A stretch of DNA of 64,000 bases from an uncultured Pseudomonadales bacterium (GTDB lineage Bacteria; Patescibacteriota; Microgenomatia; UBA1400; Chazhemtobacteraceae): NCBI GenBank assembly GCA_964422035.1, contig CAYQZQ010000001.1, positions 185,013 to 249,012 of the forward strand, written 5' to 3'. Position numbers and translations under genes: made by a program. The notes beneath the pieces are model-generated. The model was not told the origin of the DNA. It worked only from the letters and a program-made list of their open reading frames with translations, and searched no databases. Below, piece by piece: positions 29,282-39,013 of this stretch (position 1 is the first letter of the stretch; each line of letters begins with the position of its first letter).

Positions 29282-29355
29282 GCGCCAGTAGCTCAGTGGA
29301 TTAGAGCACCGGTCTTCGGAACCGGGTGTCGGGGGTTCGAATCCCTCCTGGCGCA
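29282..29355 (+). tRNA. tRNA-Arg(TCG)
   Basis: CCGGT-CTTCGGA-ACCGG; GCGCCAG/CTGGCGC acceptor. Confidence 0.93.
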
Positions 29356-29419
29356 CACTTGACATAAAGATAATAGATTGCCAGTATATAGTCAGTTAAG
29401 ATAAATTGATGCCTGCCAG

Positions 29420-30046
29420 ATGAATAAAAAGATATGGTTGTTTCCAGTTTGGTTAATCGGATCTAGTTTGTTGCTAGTTTGGACATTGGCTATGTATAAG
29501 GCTGGTGATGCTTCTGCTAAACCTGAGGTTAAGTCTATGAGTGTAACCAAAACTGGTAGTTCTCCGCAACTTCTGTACTCGGCCGTACCTAACAGACAAA
29601 TTAATATTAGGACAGCGATTAAATCAGCTGACGGAAGAGAAGAAATGTTAAGACAATATCTAAGCAGATATGACTCCCCTCTTGTAGAGCACGCTGGCTT
29701 ACTTGTTGAAATGGCTGATAAATATGACTTTGATTTCCGTTGGATGGTGGCTATCGCTCAACAAGAAAGTAATTTGTGTAAGAAGATTCCACATAATTCA
29801 TATAATTGTTGGGGTTGGGGAATATATTGCTTGGACTACGACCAAGAAGCTCAGAAATGCAACAAGATGCAGGTAATAAGATTTGATAGTTATGAAGATG
29901 CAATTATAAAAATTGCACCCCAATTTAAGGAAAAGTTTTTAGCTGATGAGGATGCCAGTCCCGAGGAGGTAATGCAAACATACACTCCTCCATCTGATGG
30001 ATCTTGGGCTTTTGGGATTAGTCAGTTTATGAGCGATATGGAGTAG
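29420..30046 (+). CDS. Membrane-anchored lysozyme-like (glucosaminidase/lytic-transglycosylase-fold) protein
   Basis: N-terminal TM; ADKYDFDFRWMVAIAQQES with a candidate catalytic Glu, NCWGWG, YTPP...W. Confidence 0.65.
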   Translation: MNKKIWLFPVWLIGSSLLLVWTLAMYKAGDASAKPEVKSMSVTKTGSSPQLLYSAVPNRQINIRTAIKSADGREEMLRQYLSRYDSPLVEHAGLLVEMADKYDFDFRWMVAIAQQESNLCKKIPHNSYNCWGWGIYCLDYDQEAQKCNKMQVIRFDSYEDAIIKIAPQFKEKFLADEDASPEEVMQTYTPPSDGSWAFGISQFMSDME

Positions 30047-30087
30047 GCTGGTATTTTTGTGGGTAAATAAGGTAAAATATTGCACAT

Positions 30088-30174
30088 GCCGAGGTGGCGG
30101 AATTGGCAGACGCGCTAGATTTAGGATCTAGTGGGATTTATCCCGTGGAGGTTCAAGTCCTCTCCTCGGCACCA
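30088..30174 (+). tRNA. tRNA-Leu(TAG)
   Basis: CTAGA-TTTAGGA-TCTAG, long variable arm, encoded CCA. Confidence 0.95.
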
Positions 30175-30300
30175 TATATTGACTTTAACCCTATAACATT
30201 ATAGACTTTGTGTATTAAGTTGAGGCAAGTCCTCAGCTTTTGTACTTTTACAGGCAGAAAATACTTACCCACTTCACTCTATTTCTTCAAGGAGGGCATA

Positions 30301-30705
30301 ATGAAAGTAGTCAAAGTAAAAGTTCTTCCCCCTATAGCCAAGGAACTCTACCCAGAGTTACCGGACAAGAACCTTTGCAATGGAAAGATCCTGCTGTTAA
30401 GAAACAGCGCTTGGGAAATTTCCGATCAAGAGATTGTAGCCAGCTTGATTTTGACGGTGCTTGTTCGAGAGAGGCGGTGGTTTCCGGTCCCTTTGCAAGA
30501 GCTTTTCGAAACGCTCAAAGACTGTGAAAAGCTAATGGCAGAACTTCCTCTCCGAAACTTGGTAAAAGCTCTTAGTATGATGGCTGCCAGAGGAGAACTA
30601 GATTTAGTCAGCTACGACTCTTTGCTATATATTTACCCCACAGAGTTGTATCTAGCCAAGATCGAGAAAACATATAATATTAAGCTTCTAAGGACTGACT
30701 CTTAG
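30301..30705 (+). CDS. Hypothetical protein, possibly winged-helix
   Basis: SD AAGGAGGG before ATG 30301; own promoter TTGACT-17-TAGACT (30179-30207); C-terminal half resembles a wHTH. Confidence 0.6.
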   Translation: MKVVKVKVLPPIAKELYPELPDKNLCNGKILLLRNSAWEISDQEIVASLILTVLVRERRWFPVPLQELFETLKDCEKLMAELPLRNLVKALSMMAARGELDLVSYDSLLYIYPTELYLAKIEKTYNIKLLRTDS

Positions 30706-30734
30706 AATTAAGTAGATTTTCTGCACCAAGACAC

Positions 30735-30787
30735 CCCCCTTCAGAGCCCACTTTTTGTGGATTTGTAATCTGAAGGGGGATTTTTTT
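30735..30787 (+). terminator. Intrinsic terminator between convergent genes
   Basis: CCCCCTTCAGA ... TCTGAAGGGGG 11-bp stem followed by A and T7. Confidence 0.75.
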
Positions 30788-30789
30788 GT

Positions 30790-31653
30790 CTATAAAAGTT
30801 TTCCTTCTGATCTTTTGGGATTTGATGTACTAGGTTGAATGTAGACGTCAGCGTTGTAATCATTAGTTCCTACGTACTGAGCATCTCCTCTTACAATCAT
30901 CTCAAGAGGCTCACAAGCTCTACAACCACCTTGAGGACAATCAAATTTTTCCAGTTGTCGAGCAAGTTTAATTTTTTTAGCTATTTTTAAAATGTCTCCT
31001 TCTGCTTCTTCTAGTTGAGGAAGCTCTTGCTGTTGCGGAGATTTATCGTGCTGCAGATACCAATAACTAACCTTGTCAACCTGCCATTTTTGAGTGTGAT
31101 GAGCAAGAAGGTGATAGATTGGTAGTTGAAGAGAGCTTTGGTTTTCTTTGTTTTTACCTGTTTTAAAGTCGATGATATGAACAGAGTCTTTGTCTGGCAA
31201 GTATTCAAGCCAATCTATTTTTCCACAGAGAATTATCTGATCTTCTTTTGACAACCAGTAATGAGGTAGATCCATGTCAATTTTTACAGCCAAATTTTTT
31301 AGTGGACCAGGGTTCTCCTCTACAGTACGAATCATTTCCAGACCTCTTTGCTTGAAGCGGTGCTCTTGTTCTTTGTCTGTAAAGCCACCTTTTTCGCCTG
31401 AAATTTTGTTCCAGGCTTTTTGAAAGCGATCAATTAACGGCTCTTTAAAGCGCTGGTCGGTTTTTATATTCGACAATGACTCGACGACTTGGTGAACAGC
31501 TTGTCCAAGAGCTAGGTACGGAGTAATTAAACTAATCTTATTACCTGTCTTGGGGTCTTTGTATACGTTATTTAAGTAGTAGGCACGAGGACAGGTTAGA
31601 TAATCACTTATTGAGGAATGAGATACCCAGGTTGCACTGTATTTGTCTGACAT
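30790..31653 (-). CDS. Standalone PD-(D/E)XK nuclease (RecB/AddB/Cas4-like)
   Basis: SHSSISDYLTCPR, LGQAVH, GKIDWL, IIDFKTG, QLPIY, C-terminal CPQGGCRAC. Start at ATG 31653. Confidence 0.85.
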   Translation of the reverse strand: MSDKYSATWVSHSSISDYLTCPRAYYLNNVYKDPKTGNKISLITPYLALGQAVHQVVESLSNIKTDQRFKEPLIDRFQKAWNKISGEKGGFTDKEQEHRFKQRGLEMIRTVEENPGPLKNLAVKIDMDLPHYWLSKEDQIILCGKIDWLEYLPDKDSVHIIDFKTGKNKENQSSLQLPIYHLLAHHTQKWQVDKVSYWYLQHDKSPQQQELPQLEEAEGDILKIAKKIKLARQLEKFDCPQGGCRACEPLEMIVRGDAQYVGTNDYNADVYIQPSTSNPKRSEGKLL

Positions 31654-31714
31654 AATGGTAAGTATACAACAAGACTTGTAATGTTGAACCAAGAAGTGTT
31701 ATAAAATATGAACA

Positions 31715-32425
31715 ATGACAGCTCGAAGGTCAAGACTAAGTAGATACAAGAAAAAGCAAGAGAAACGCAAAGCAGTAATTTATATTTTGCTATCAGGGAT
31801 ATTTTTGTATGGAATGATTAGGTGGGGAATTCCAGGAATTATTAATGTAATTGGCTGGTGGACCAGCTCTGATGAGATTGTATCGGAACAAGGGTATAAA
31901 GTTCCCCCTCAGAAACCGCAATTGGCTCCCTTACCCGAAGCAACTTTTAGTGGAAAAATTAGTGTGTCGGGTACAGCAATTTTAGGTAAAAAAGTTGAGA
32001 TATATGTAAATGGTGACAAGAGAAATGAAAAAGATTTGACAGAGGGAAGTAATTTTGAATTTGAATCAGTAGTTTTGAATAATGGTAAAAACACCATAGA
32101 GATAATATCGAAAAATGACAGTGGCGATAGTCAACCGGCAAGAGCTAAGATTACCAGAGATGACGCTAAGCCGGAGATAACTATTGATGAACCTGGTCTA
32201 GAGGCAGAAAGGTACGGACCCGGAGAGAACAACATTAGTATCAGGGGGACCGTGAATGAGGAGGGCAGAGTCTATGTTAATAACCATTTGGTCTTTGTCA
32301 GTGACGAGGGTAATTTTACATTTGACAGCGACTTAGACGAAGGACTTAATAAGTTTGTAGTCAAAGCAATCGATAAAGCAGGCAATGAATCTGAGAAACT
32401 GGTGAGAGTCACCTACTCACGATGA
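31715..32425 (+). CDS. Membrane-anchored protein with tandem Ig-like (beta-sandwich) domains
   Basis: Basic N-tail plus TM; repeated GKNTIEI..N..G / GLNKFVVKAIDKAGN motifs. Confidence 0.75.
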   Translation: MTARRSRLSRYKKKQEKRKAVIYILLSGIFLYGMIRWGIPGIINVIGWWTSSDEIVSEQGYKVPPQKPQLAPLPEATFSGKISVSGTAILGKKVEIYVNGDKRNEKDLTEGSNFEFESVVLNNGKNTIEIISKNDSGDSQPARAKITRDDAKPEITIDEPGLEAERYGPGENNISIRGTVNEEGRVYVNNHLVFVSDEGNFTFDSDLDEGLNKFVVKAIDKAGNESEKLVRVTYSR

Positions 32426-33516
32426 GAAAGAGCTGTAAGTAGCAAAAACAATACCAGTGTCCAGTTGAAAAAGAGTGTGTTGTTAAATAAGGCGTGAGTA
32501 AAGAGGACAAATAAAGAAGCGGTGATAAAAACAGAACGAGATTTTTCAACTGATTGAAACAGAAAATATAAATAAGATGCCAGCCCGACAAGGCCTGTTG
32601 TAACTAAGACAAACAAGTAGCTATTGGGTAAAGATCCTGTGGCCCTATCCGGATAAGGCGACTGATTGACTGAAGACTTTAAGGTATTAAATCCCACTCC
32701 AAAAATAGGTTGCTTTTGGATGGTAGTGAATTGGTTAACTATTGTGTTCCATCGTGACTGTATGGAGAAAGTTCTAGTTAAGTTAACTCCTTCACCGAAA
32801 GGCTTGGGAACAGTCAAAACCAAAAGTATTAGAACAGGGACGATGATTAAATATTGTTTTTTAAATTTTAAAATTAGCAAAACTACTAAACCAACCAAAA
32901 AACTTAAATATGATGAGCGAGAGAAAGTAAGAGTCAAAGCAGTAAGCGGCAGCAGACTAACCGCCTTATACACTCCAGGCATGGATCCTAAAACTACAAA
33001 CACGGAAGCTGCGAGGATGGCACCGGCAAAGTTTGGGTCTATTAAGGTACTGATTAACCTAAAATAGTGATCATCAAAACCATATAGTTTCAGAAATCTT
33101 GTATCCGGCAGAAAGTAATATTGAACCAAGCCAAGCAAGGTAAAAATCAACAGGACTATAGCTGTGGACTTTAGTGATATTTTTTTGTTGAGTGTAAAAA
33201 CAAAATAGAACGATAAATAACTGATTAGTCGAAGCAGGTAGAGACTGCCTATCAATAATTGAGGTACTGGTGTAAATGGAAGTTTGATCAATAAAGAGAA
33301 GGCGGCAACAAGAATAAATATCACTAAGGGCTTGAATAAAGGAGTCTTTTTTATTTTTGAAAAATTATATAGAGAGATAATTAAGCTGATAAAGGCAGCA
33401 ATATCTAAAAGATAAAGATGGGCACCCTGAATGGGCACAGGCAACTCTAAAATTGGCCCAAGTAGCCAAATAATGCTTAGTAAAATTAGAAGAAGGTGTG
33501 ATTTTATGTACTTCAT
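32413..33516 (-). CDS. O-antigen ligase (Wzy_C/WaaL)-like membrane protein
   Basis: RLISTLIDPNFAG, LTFSRSSYL, PIFGVGFN, NSYLFVLVTTGLVG, HALFNN. Confidence 0.85.
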   Translation of the reverse strand: MKYIKSHLLLILLSIIWLLGPILELPVPIQGAHLYLLDIAAFISLIISLYNFSKIKKTPLFKPLVIFILVAAFSLLIKLPFTPVPQLLIGSLYLLRLISYLSFYFVFTLNKKISLKSTAIVLLIFTLLGLVQYYFLPDTRFLKLYGFDDHYFRLISTLIDPNFAGAILAASVFVVLGSMPGVYKAVSLLPLTALTLTFSRSSYLSFLVGLVVLLILKFKKQYLIIVPVLILLVLTVPKPFGEGVNLTRTFSIQSRWNTIVNQFTTIQKQPIFGVGFNTLKSSVNQSPYPDRATGSLPNSYLFVLVTTGLVGLASYLYFLFQSVEKSRSVFITASLFVLFTHALFNNTLFFNWTLVLFLLLTALSHRE

Positions 33517-33525
33517 AAGGTTATT

Positions 33526-34902
33526 TTAGTTGATCTTGAAGACTTGAATGCCCAGAGAGTTGGTATGCAGTAGTTTGCCCTCCACATTAGCAGGGTTTTG
33601 ATTTTTGGTAATAAGGTACGGATACGAATAGTTTTTATCTACCCAAGATTGGTGATCAAAGTTGAGCGGCATGTAGTAGAGATTGTGCAGATTTTTGACT
33701 AACACCTTTTTGTCGGGATTAAGATTGTTTTCTACCCAAGAATCTGAATCAATGAAAGTATCAGGTAGCCGAGCTGACTGTGAAGTTAAAAATTGGTTCT
33801 TGGATTGCTGGCCTAGAATAACCGGTAAAAACTTGCTGTTCGCCCAAAATCTGCCAATCGAGATTAGAAAAGTTGTCAGAAGTATAAAAACTAAGGAGAG
33901 TCTTTTGTAAGCTGTTTTTTTGACCTTAAGAGCTTGACTGCTTATCAGTGCAATCAACGGCAAAATTTGAAGCAAATAACGCCCAGAGGGAGGAGGGATA
34001 AGCTGCCAAACGACAATGGAAGCTAGTGTGTACAAACAAATTTTTTTTAACAAAGAAGAGTTTCTATCTATCGACATGTATAAGCCGACAGGGAAGATAA
34101 AGGCAAACAACGGATTGATTAGAGTGTCGTATGGCTTTCCAATGTATATTGGTGAAAGCATTAATCGTTTTATTATTTGCATGAAGTGATAAAAATTAGT
34201 TGATACTTGTGAGATCTGACTTTGAGTAATGGAAGACTCCAACAGAGGATAAACTGGGTTGCCAGTAAAATGAAATGCAAGATAAAACCAAGGAGATGCT
34301 ACCAGTAAGGCAATGGGGATTATCAAGGGGTTAAAGATTAAACCGGCCAATAATAATGATGCTAAAGCGTGCCACTTGCTGCCAATAGCTAAACCAAAAA
34401 ATATGCCCGAAAGTAACCAGCTGGGGATTTGTAGATTAAGCAATTTATATTTTTCATCTTGAGCGATGAAGTAAATTGCCGACAGCTCAAGAGCTGTTCT
34501 TACAAGATCAATGTAAGCCGAGCCCGACTGCCAGCTGACAAGCCAGGTGTTATAAAAGAGCAGGGCGGCAATGATTGCTATCCCCTTGTTTGAAAACTTT
34601 TTTGTTAGCTTGTAAGTTAGTAAGCTGGCAAAAAGGCCTGAAAAATACTGTATTAGTTTGGGGCCTTGTGTACCCAAAAACTTTAAAGCAGGAATATAGA
34701 GTGTCTCGGCCAAGCGAGGCATGGCGGAAATATACAAAAGCCCAGGATAATACCAACGACCTTGCCAAAGAAAAAGTTTGGGTAAGGTAAGGTGGTAGAA
34801 AAGGGCATCAAAGCCCAGTTCTGGACCCAAAACAGCAATCAGATTTACAACTGCCATGAAGATCAGAATGAAAAGACTTAAGCGTCGGACTTGTTTTCCC
34901 AT
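33526..34902 (-). CDS. GT-C fold membrane glycosyltransferase (PMT/ArnT-like)
   Basis: PELGFDALFYHL loop with acidic residues, AYIDL, GLAIGSK, PWF....TGNPVYP, RYLL. Confidence 0.75.
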   Translation of the reverse strand: MGKQVRRLSLFILIFMAVVNLIAVLGPELGFDALFYHLTLPKLFLWQGRWYYPGLLYISAMPRLAETLYIPALKFLGTQGPKLIQYFSGLFASLLTYKLTKKFSNKGIAIIAALLFYNTWLVSWQSGSAYIDLVRTALELSAIYFIAQDEKYKLLNLQIPSWLLSGIFFGLAIGSKWHALASLLLAGLIFNPLIIPIALLVASPWFYLAFHFTGNPVYPLLESSITQSQISQVSTNFYHFMQIIKRLMLSPIYIGKPYDTLINPLFAFIFPVGLYMSIDRNSSLLKKICLYTLASIVVWQLIPPPSGRYLLQILPLIALISSQALKVKKTAYKRLSLVFILLTTFLISIGRFWANSKFLPVILGQQSKNQFLTSQSARLPDTFIDSDSWVENNLNPDKKVLVKNLHNLYYMPLNFDHQSWVDKNYSYPYLITKNQNPANVEGKLLHTNSLGIQVFKIN

Positions 34903-35621
34903 TGTTTTACTCTAACAATAATTGAGTGCAGACTCATTATGTAAGCGAAGATGAAACCTCTTATTCCATCAAGAAAGCCCAGCAGAATTAGATAATTGTA
35001 GATAAATTTTCCTATTGGCTTGAAAATAAGTTGGACAAGGCTGTATGTTTTACCTTCAATTTTAAGCTCTTTGGCATCGATTGATGTATAAAAATTAATT
35101 TTTTGAATGAACTGACTGATACTTATGTCTCTTGTGTGCAAAATGGGGTTTTTTAGCGAACCTAATTCTCCATTAACTTTCCATACTTCGTGAATAGCTC
35201 TTTGCCAGTTCCCCCTGTCTTTTCTAGCTAGTCTTAATAGTTTGATGTTGCCTGATTCTCCATGTTCGAGCTTTTTACCTAGAAACATATCTTTGCGGGG
35301 GATATAAAAACCCTGCTTGTTTGTATCCGACAAAACATGTACTATTTCTTCTTTCAACTCTTGAGTTACTAGCTCATCGCTGTCTACAAATAACACCCAG
35401 TCGTGAATTGCTTTTTTTAAAGCAAAATTGCGCTGTTTGGACAGATTATTATTTAATTTTCTTTTGTACACTTGAGCGTCCATTTTGTCCGCAATTAAAA
35501 CTGTGTCATCGGAAGAATAATCGTCGATGATCAAAACTTGAGAACAAAAGCTGACTGAATTGAGTACTTTTTTGATAGTTTTTTGATTGTTTTTGGTTAA
35601 AACAACTGCAGTGATATCCAT
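34878..35621 (-). CDS. Glycosyltransferase family 2
   Basis: VLTKN, IDDYSSDDT, QRNFAL, WVLFVDSDE, IHE, GFLDG. Confidence 0.9.
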   Translation of the reverse strand: MDITAVVLTKNNQKTIKKVLNSVSFCSQVLIIDDYSSDDTVLIADKMDAQVYKRKLNNNLSKQRNFALKKAIHDWVLFVDSDELVTQELKEEIVHVLSDTNKQGFYIPRKDMFLGKKLEHGESGNIKLLRLARKDRGNWQRAIHEVWKVNGELGSLKNPILHTRDISISQFIQKINFYTSIDAKELKIEGKTYSLVQLIFKPIGKFIYNYLILLGFLDGIRGFIFAYIMSLHSIIVRVKQWENKSDA

Positions 35622-35660
35622 TGTCAAGCACATTATATCGCTAAACTATAAAATGTAAGT

Positions 35661-37145
35661 ATGAAGAAGTGGATAATTATCACCGTAGGCATATTATTTT
35701 TGCTGACTGGATATTTTCTTTACAGATTTAGATTTGTCGTAAGTTGTAGGAATTTAGGTAATTATCAGGACCTGATTATGTGTGCGGATAATCTGATTAA
35801 GAAGCAGGATGCTTTGAGTGATATCAATGAAGTTGTTGGGAATAAGAAGCTGGAGCAAGGAATAAGATTGATCGAAGTAGTTGAAGAGTTTTGGCCAGAG
35901 AAAGACTACCTATTAGGCAAAGACGAGCCCGTTAACTTCTTAGTCTTATTGCAAAATGACAATGAATTACGAGCCAATGGAGGCTTTTTTGGTTCATATG
36001 CGGTAGTTACCGTGGATAAGGCAAAGGCTAGCTTTGAATTTCAAGATATCTATGTTCCCGATGGGCAACTTGAAGGACATGTCAAGCCCCCTGAGCCTAT
36101 TCAACAAGCTTTTAAAAGTGGTCAGTGGAGATTAAGAGATAGTGATTGGAGTGCTGATTTTTCTGTATCTGCCAAGCAAATCAGATGGTTTTTTGAAAAA
36201 GGTGGCGAACAAAGAGTTGAAAACATAGTCACTTTGCCCTTAAGTATTATGAAAAAAATTGTGACAATAATGGGTCCCATTGAGGTTGACGACTATGACA
36301 GAGAAGTTACCGGAGAGAATATTTCTCTCTGGCTCCAGAACGAGAGTGAGGTTGATTTTTTTCCTGGATCAACGCAGAAAAAGGACGCTATTAATGCAGC
36401 TGGAAAGGCTGTCTTGAACAAATTTTCAGAAATTTCTTGGGACAAGAAGTTGCAGATTGCCTCATTGATAATAGATGAGCTTAATCATGGAAATGTCCTT
36501 GTTAATTCTGAATATCATTCAGTTCAATCAAAACTAATTGACAAAGACTGGGCCGGCACACTCTCTGATAAAGCATGGAGTAATCATGCGGACTGGATAA
36601 ACGATGAATATTTGTTGATAGAAAGCAATTTGGGAGCTAATAAGGCAAACTGCTGTGTGAACAGAGCAACAGTACATCAACTTATTGTGGATGATGATAA
36701 AGTTTCTCATCATGTCAAAGTTGAGTTTGAAAATCAATCAGTTAAAGAAAATCCTAAACCTCCATATTTTTATGGTGGTAACTATATAGTTTATTTAAGA
36801 TTTTACATCCCGGAGCAGGCGATTAATGTTGATGTTAAGGCTGCTCCAAGTACTATTGACAGAAGAGAAGGCTACCCTCCCCTCTTAAGCCTTAGAGAAA
36901 CTGATAATTACAAAGTTGAAGGAAACTTTGGATTCAAGGAGATTAGCTTTTTTCATACAACTGCAGCAGGTAATCAAAGTTGGGTAGAGATTGATTATGA
37001 TCTTTACCGAAATCAGGCTAATAAATATCGGTTGAAGATTTTAAAACAACACGGGGTTATGCAATCAAAACAAGAGATTTTAATTCAAGGAGAAAGACAC
37101 GAAACCAATCTTGAAGATGATTATGTTTTAGATTTTGAAATTTAA
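35661..37145 (+). CDS. DUF4012-like membrane-anchored protein
   Basis: LLQNDNELRANGGFFGSY, LRDSDWSADF, ESNLGANKAN, YLRFYIP. Confidence 0.8.
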   Translation: MKKWIIITVGILFLLTGYFLYRFRFVVSCRNLGNYQDLIMCADNLIKKQDALSDINEVVGNKKLEQGIRLIEVVEEFWPEKDYLLGKDEPVNFLVLLQNDNELRANGGFFGSYAVVTVDKAKASFEFQDIYVPDGQLEGHVKPPEPIQQAFKSGQWRLRDSDWSADFSVSAKQIRWFFEKGGEQRVENIVTLPLSIMKKIVTIMGPIEVDDYDREVTGENISLWLQNESEVDFFPGSTQKKDAINAAGKAVLNKFSEISWDKKLQIASLIIDELNHGNVLVNSEYHSVQSKLIDKDWAGTLSDKAWSNHADWINDEYLLIESNLGANKANCCVNRATVHQLIVDDDKVSHHVKVEFENQSVKENPKPPYFYGGNYIVYLRFYIPEQAINVDVKAAPSTIDRREGYPPLLSLRETDNYKVEGNFGFKEISFFHTTAAGNQSWVEIDYDLYRNQANKYRLKILKQHGVMQSKQEILIQGERHETNLEDDYVLDFEI

Positions 37146-37931
37146 AGCAGCTTTTAGGCGAAGATAGAGGTGATATAAATAAGCAAATGGCAAAGAGCCT
37201 TTGGGTAAGTGCTTGCGAGCAAAAATCCATTGACTCTGAGCCAGTATTTTAAGTTTTTTGTTGCCTAGTTTGTTAGCCGAACTGGAAAGCTGGTGATGAA
37301 TCATTGTGGAGTGACAAGATTGAAGACTAAAACCTTCTTTTTTAGCACGAAGACAAAAGTCAGCATCTTCGTAATAGAGAAAGTAGTTGTCATCTAAAAG
37401 GCCTATTTTTTCAAAGACTTTTGATCTAACAAACAAACTAACTCCACTTAAATAATCAGGTTTTACATCCGGCGGATGAAGTTGAGTTGACTTAATGTGG
37501 GTGTTGTGAGCAAAAAGCCAGTCTACTCTACCCCCATAATCATAATAGGTTTTTTCATTTTGTCTGTATTTGACTACTGGAGAGGTAATGTCGACCGACC
37601 TTTCTATTAGCTGACTAATCAATTGAGGATCTTTGATTATGGTGTCGTTATTAATTAAGAAAACATAGTCTGCTTTGTTCTTCAAAGCTTGTTTTATGCC
37701 TAAGTTGTTTCCTCCAGCGAAGCCTAAATTTTTAGACGAACGGACAATGTTTAGTTTTGGAAAAGCTCCTTGAATTTTTTTTACCACCTGGGACTTGGAG
37801 CCGTTATCTACGAAAATGGTTTCTAAAGAATAGTTGTCTTTATCAATGTTAGAAAGTGATCTTAGGCAGGCAATACTGTCAGAGACGTTGTTGTAGTTGA
37901 CTATTATGATAAATACTTTAGGAAGCTGCAT
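37128..37931 (-). CDS. Glycosyltransferase family 2
   Basis: IIVNYN, VDNGS, NLGFAGGNN, INND, YFLYYEDADFC. Confidence 0.92.
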   Translation of the reverse strand: MQLPKVFIIIVNYNNVSDSIACLRSLSNIDKDNYSLETIFVDNGSKSQVVKKIQGAFPKLNIVRSSKNLGFAGGNNLGIKQALKNKADYVFLINNDTIIKDPQLISQLIERSVDITSPVVKYRQNEKTYYDYGGRVDWLFAHNTHIKSTQLHPPDVKPDYLSGVSLFVRSKVFEKIGLLDDNYFLYYEDADFCLRAKKEGFSLQSCHSTMIHHQLSSSANKLGNKKLKILAQSQWIFARKHLPKGSLPFAYLYHLYLRLKAALNFKI

Positions 37932-39012
37932 GTTGTAGTGCTTTGTTTACAATTTCTGAAGTTTTTTCCCAAGTGAATTTTTGGGCTTGTTTTACCGATT
38001 GAGATGCTAATTTGTCTAGTTTATCTTGATCTTTGAGTAAGAATTGAAGCTTGTTAGCAAAAACCTTAGTATCTCTAGGAAGCAGCAAGCCTGTTTGATT
38101 ATGAATTATGGTTTCTTTGAAACCACCCTCGTTTACTGCAACAACAGGTGTTGCACATGCCATAGATTCAATGGCAGATAGACCAAATGGTTCTAGATAG
38201 GCAGTAGCTAGGGTAAGTTTTGAAACTTGATATTGCAACCTCATTTGATCTTGACTAAGTGAAGAAAAGGTTTGTATATTTACATCATTTTTACTGGCCA
38301 GTTTTTCAAGATAGCTGTAGTCACTTGGTCTGGGTCCGGCAATTATAAGTTTGGGCCTTAGTTTTTTGGTCACTTTTCCAAGAGTCTCAATTGCAAAGGA
38401 TAATCCCTTTTGTGGTTCAGCATTACCAACTATAAAAACCTGATTAGTTCTTTTTTTGTTTGAAGGATAAAACCTATCCAAGTTAACCCCGAGATGGGCT
38501 GGTATGGCCGAAACCCCATAAGCCCTTAAAATTGACTCTGCTCCGAAAGCTGAATTTGAAATTATCTGATTGGCTTTTTGAGCGTTGTTAATCTCTATTT
38601 TCTTTTTGACCAATCTTACTGATCGTTCATAGATTTGATTGATTAAGGGCCAAGAATCGTCTATCTCTAGAAATTGCTCAAAAAAAGCTCTGGTGGGCTC
38701 TTGACACAAGAAGATTGTAGGAGTTTTGAGATATCGCAGCACCCAAGGAGCTTGGATGTGAGAATCGTGGGTGACAATACAAGCATCAAAAGATTGGCTG
38801 TCAATCTTTTGAGCAACCAATTTAGATTGTTTCCTTGCTTTTACTAAACTATTGAAGTCTTGTCTTAGTCGTTGAAAAAGATGACTATCTTCTTTGCTTG
38901 GCGGTAAAGTAAAATTTGAAATTTGATGACTCTCTCCCAACTTTGAAAGAATAGAATTGGTAGCCACCCTGGCTCCTCCGTTGGGAAGCTGAGAATATAC
39001 AGCAATTTTCAT
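37918..39012 (-). CDS. Glycosyltransferase family 4
   Basis: GGA N-terminal motif, KG, EPFGLSAIESMACATPV. Confidence 0.9.
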   Translation of the reverse strand: MKIAVYSQLPNGGARVATNSILSKLGESHQISNFTLPPSKEDSHLFQRLRQDFNSLVKARKQSKLVAQKIDSQSFDACIVTHDSHIQAPWVLRYLKTPTIFLCQEPTRAFFEQFLEIDDSWPLINQIYERSVRLVKKKIEINNAQKANQIISNSAFGAESILRAYGVSAIPAHLGVNLDRFYPSNKKRTNQVFIVGNAEPQKGLSFAIETLGKVTKKLRPKLIIAGPRPSDYSYLEKLASKNDVNIQTFSSLSQDQMRLQYQVSKLTLATAYLEPFGLSAIESMACATPVVAVNEGGFKETIIHNQTGLLLPRDTKVFANKLQFLLKDQDKLDKLASQSVKQAQKFTWEKTSEIVNKALQHAAS

Positions 39013-39013
39013 T

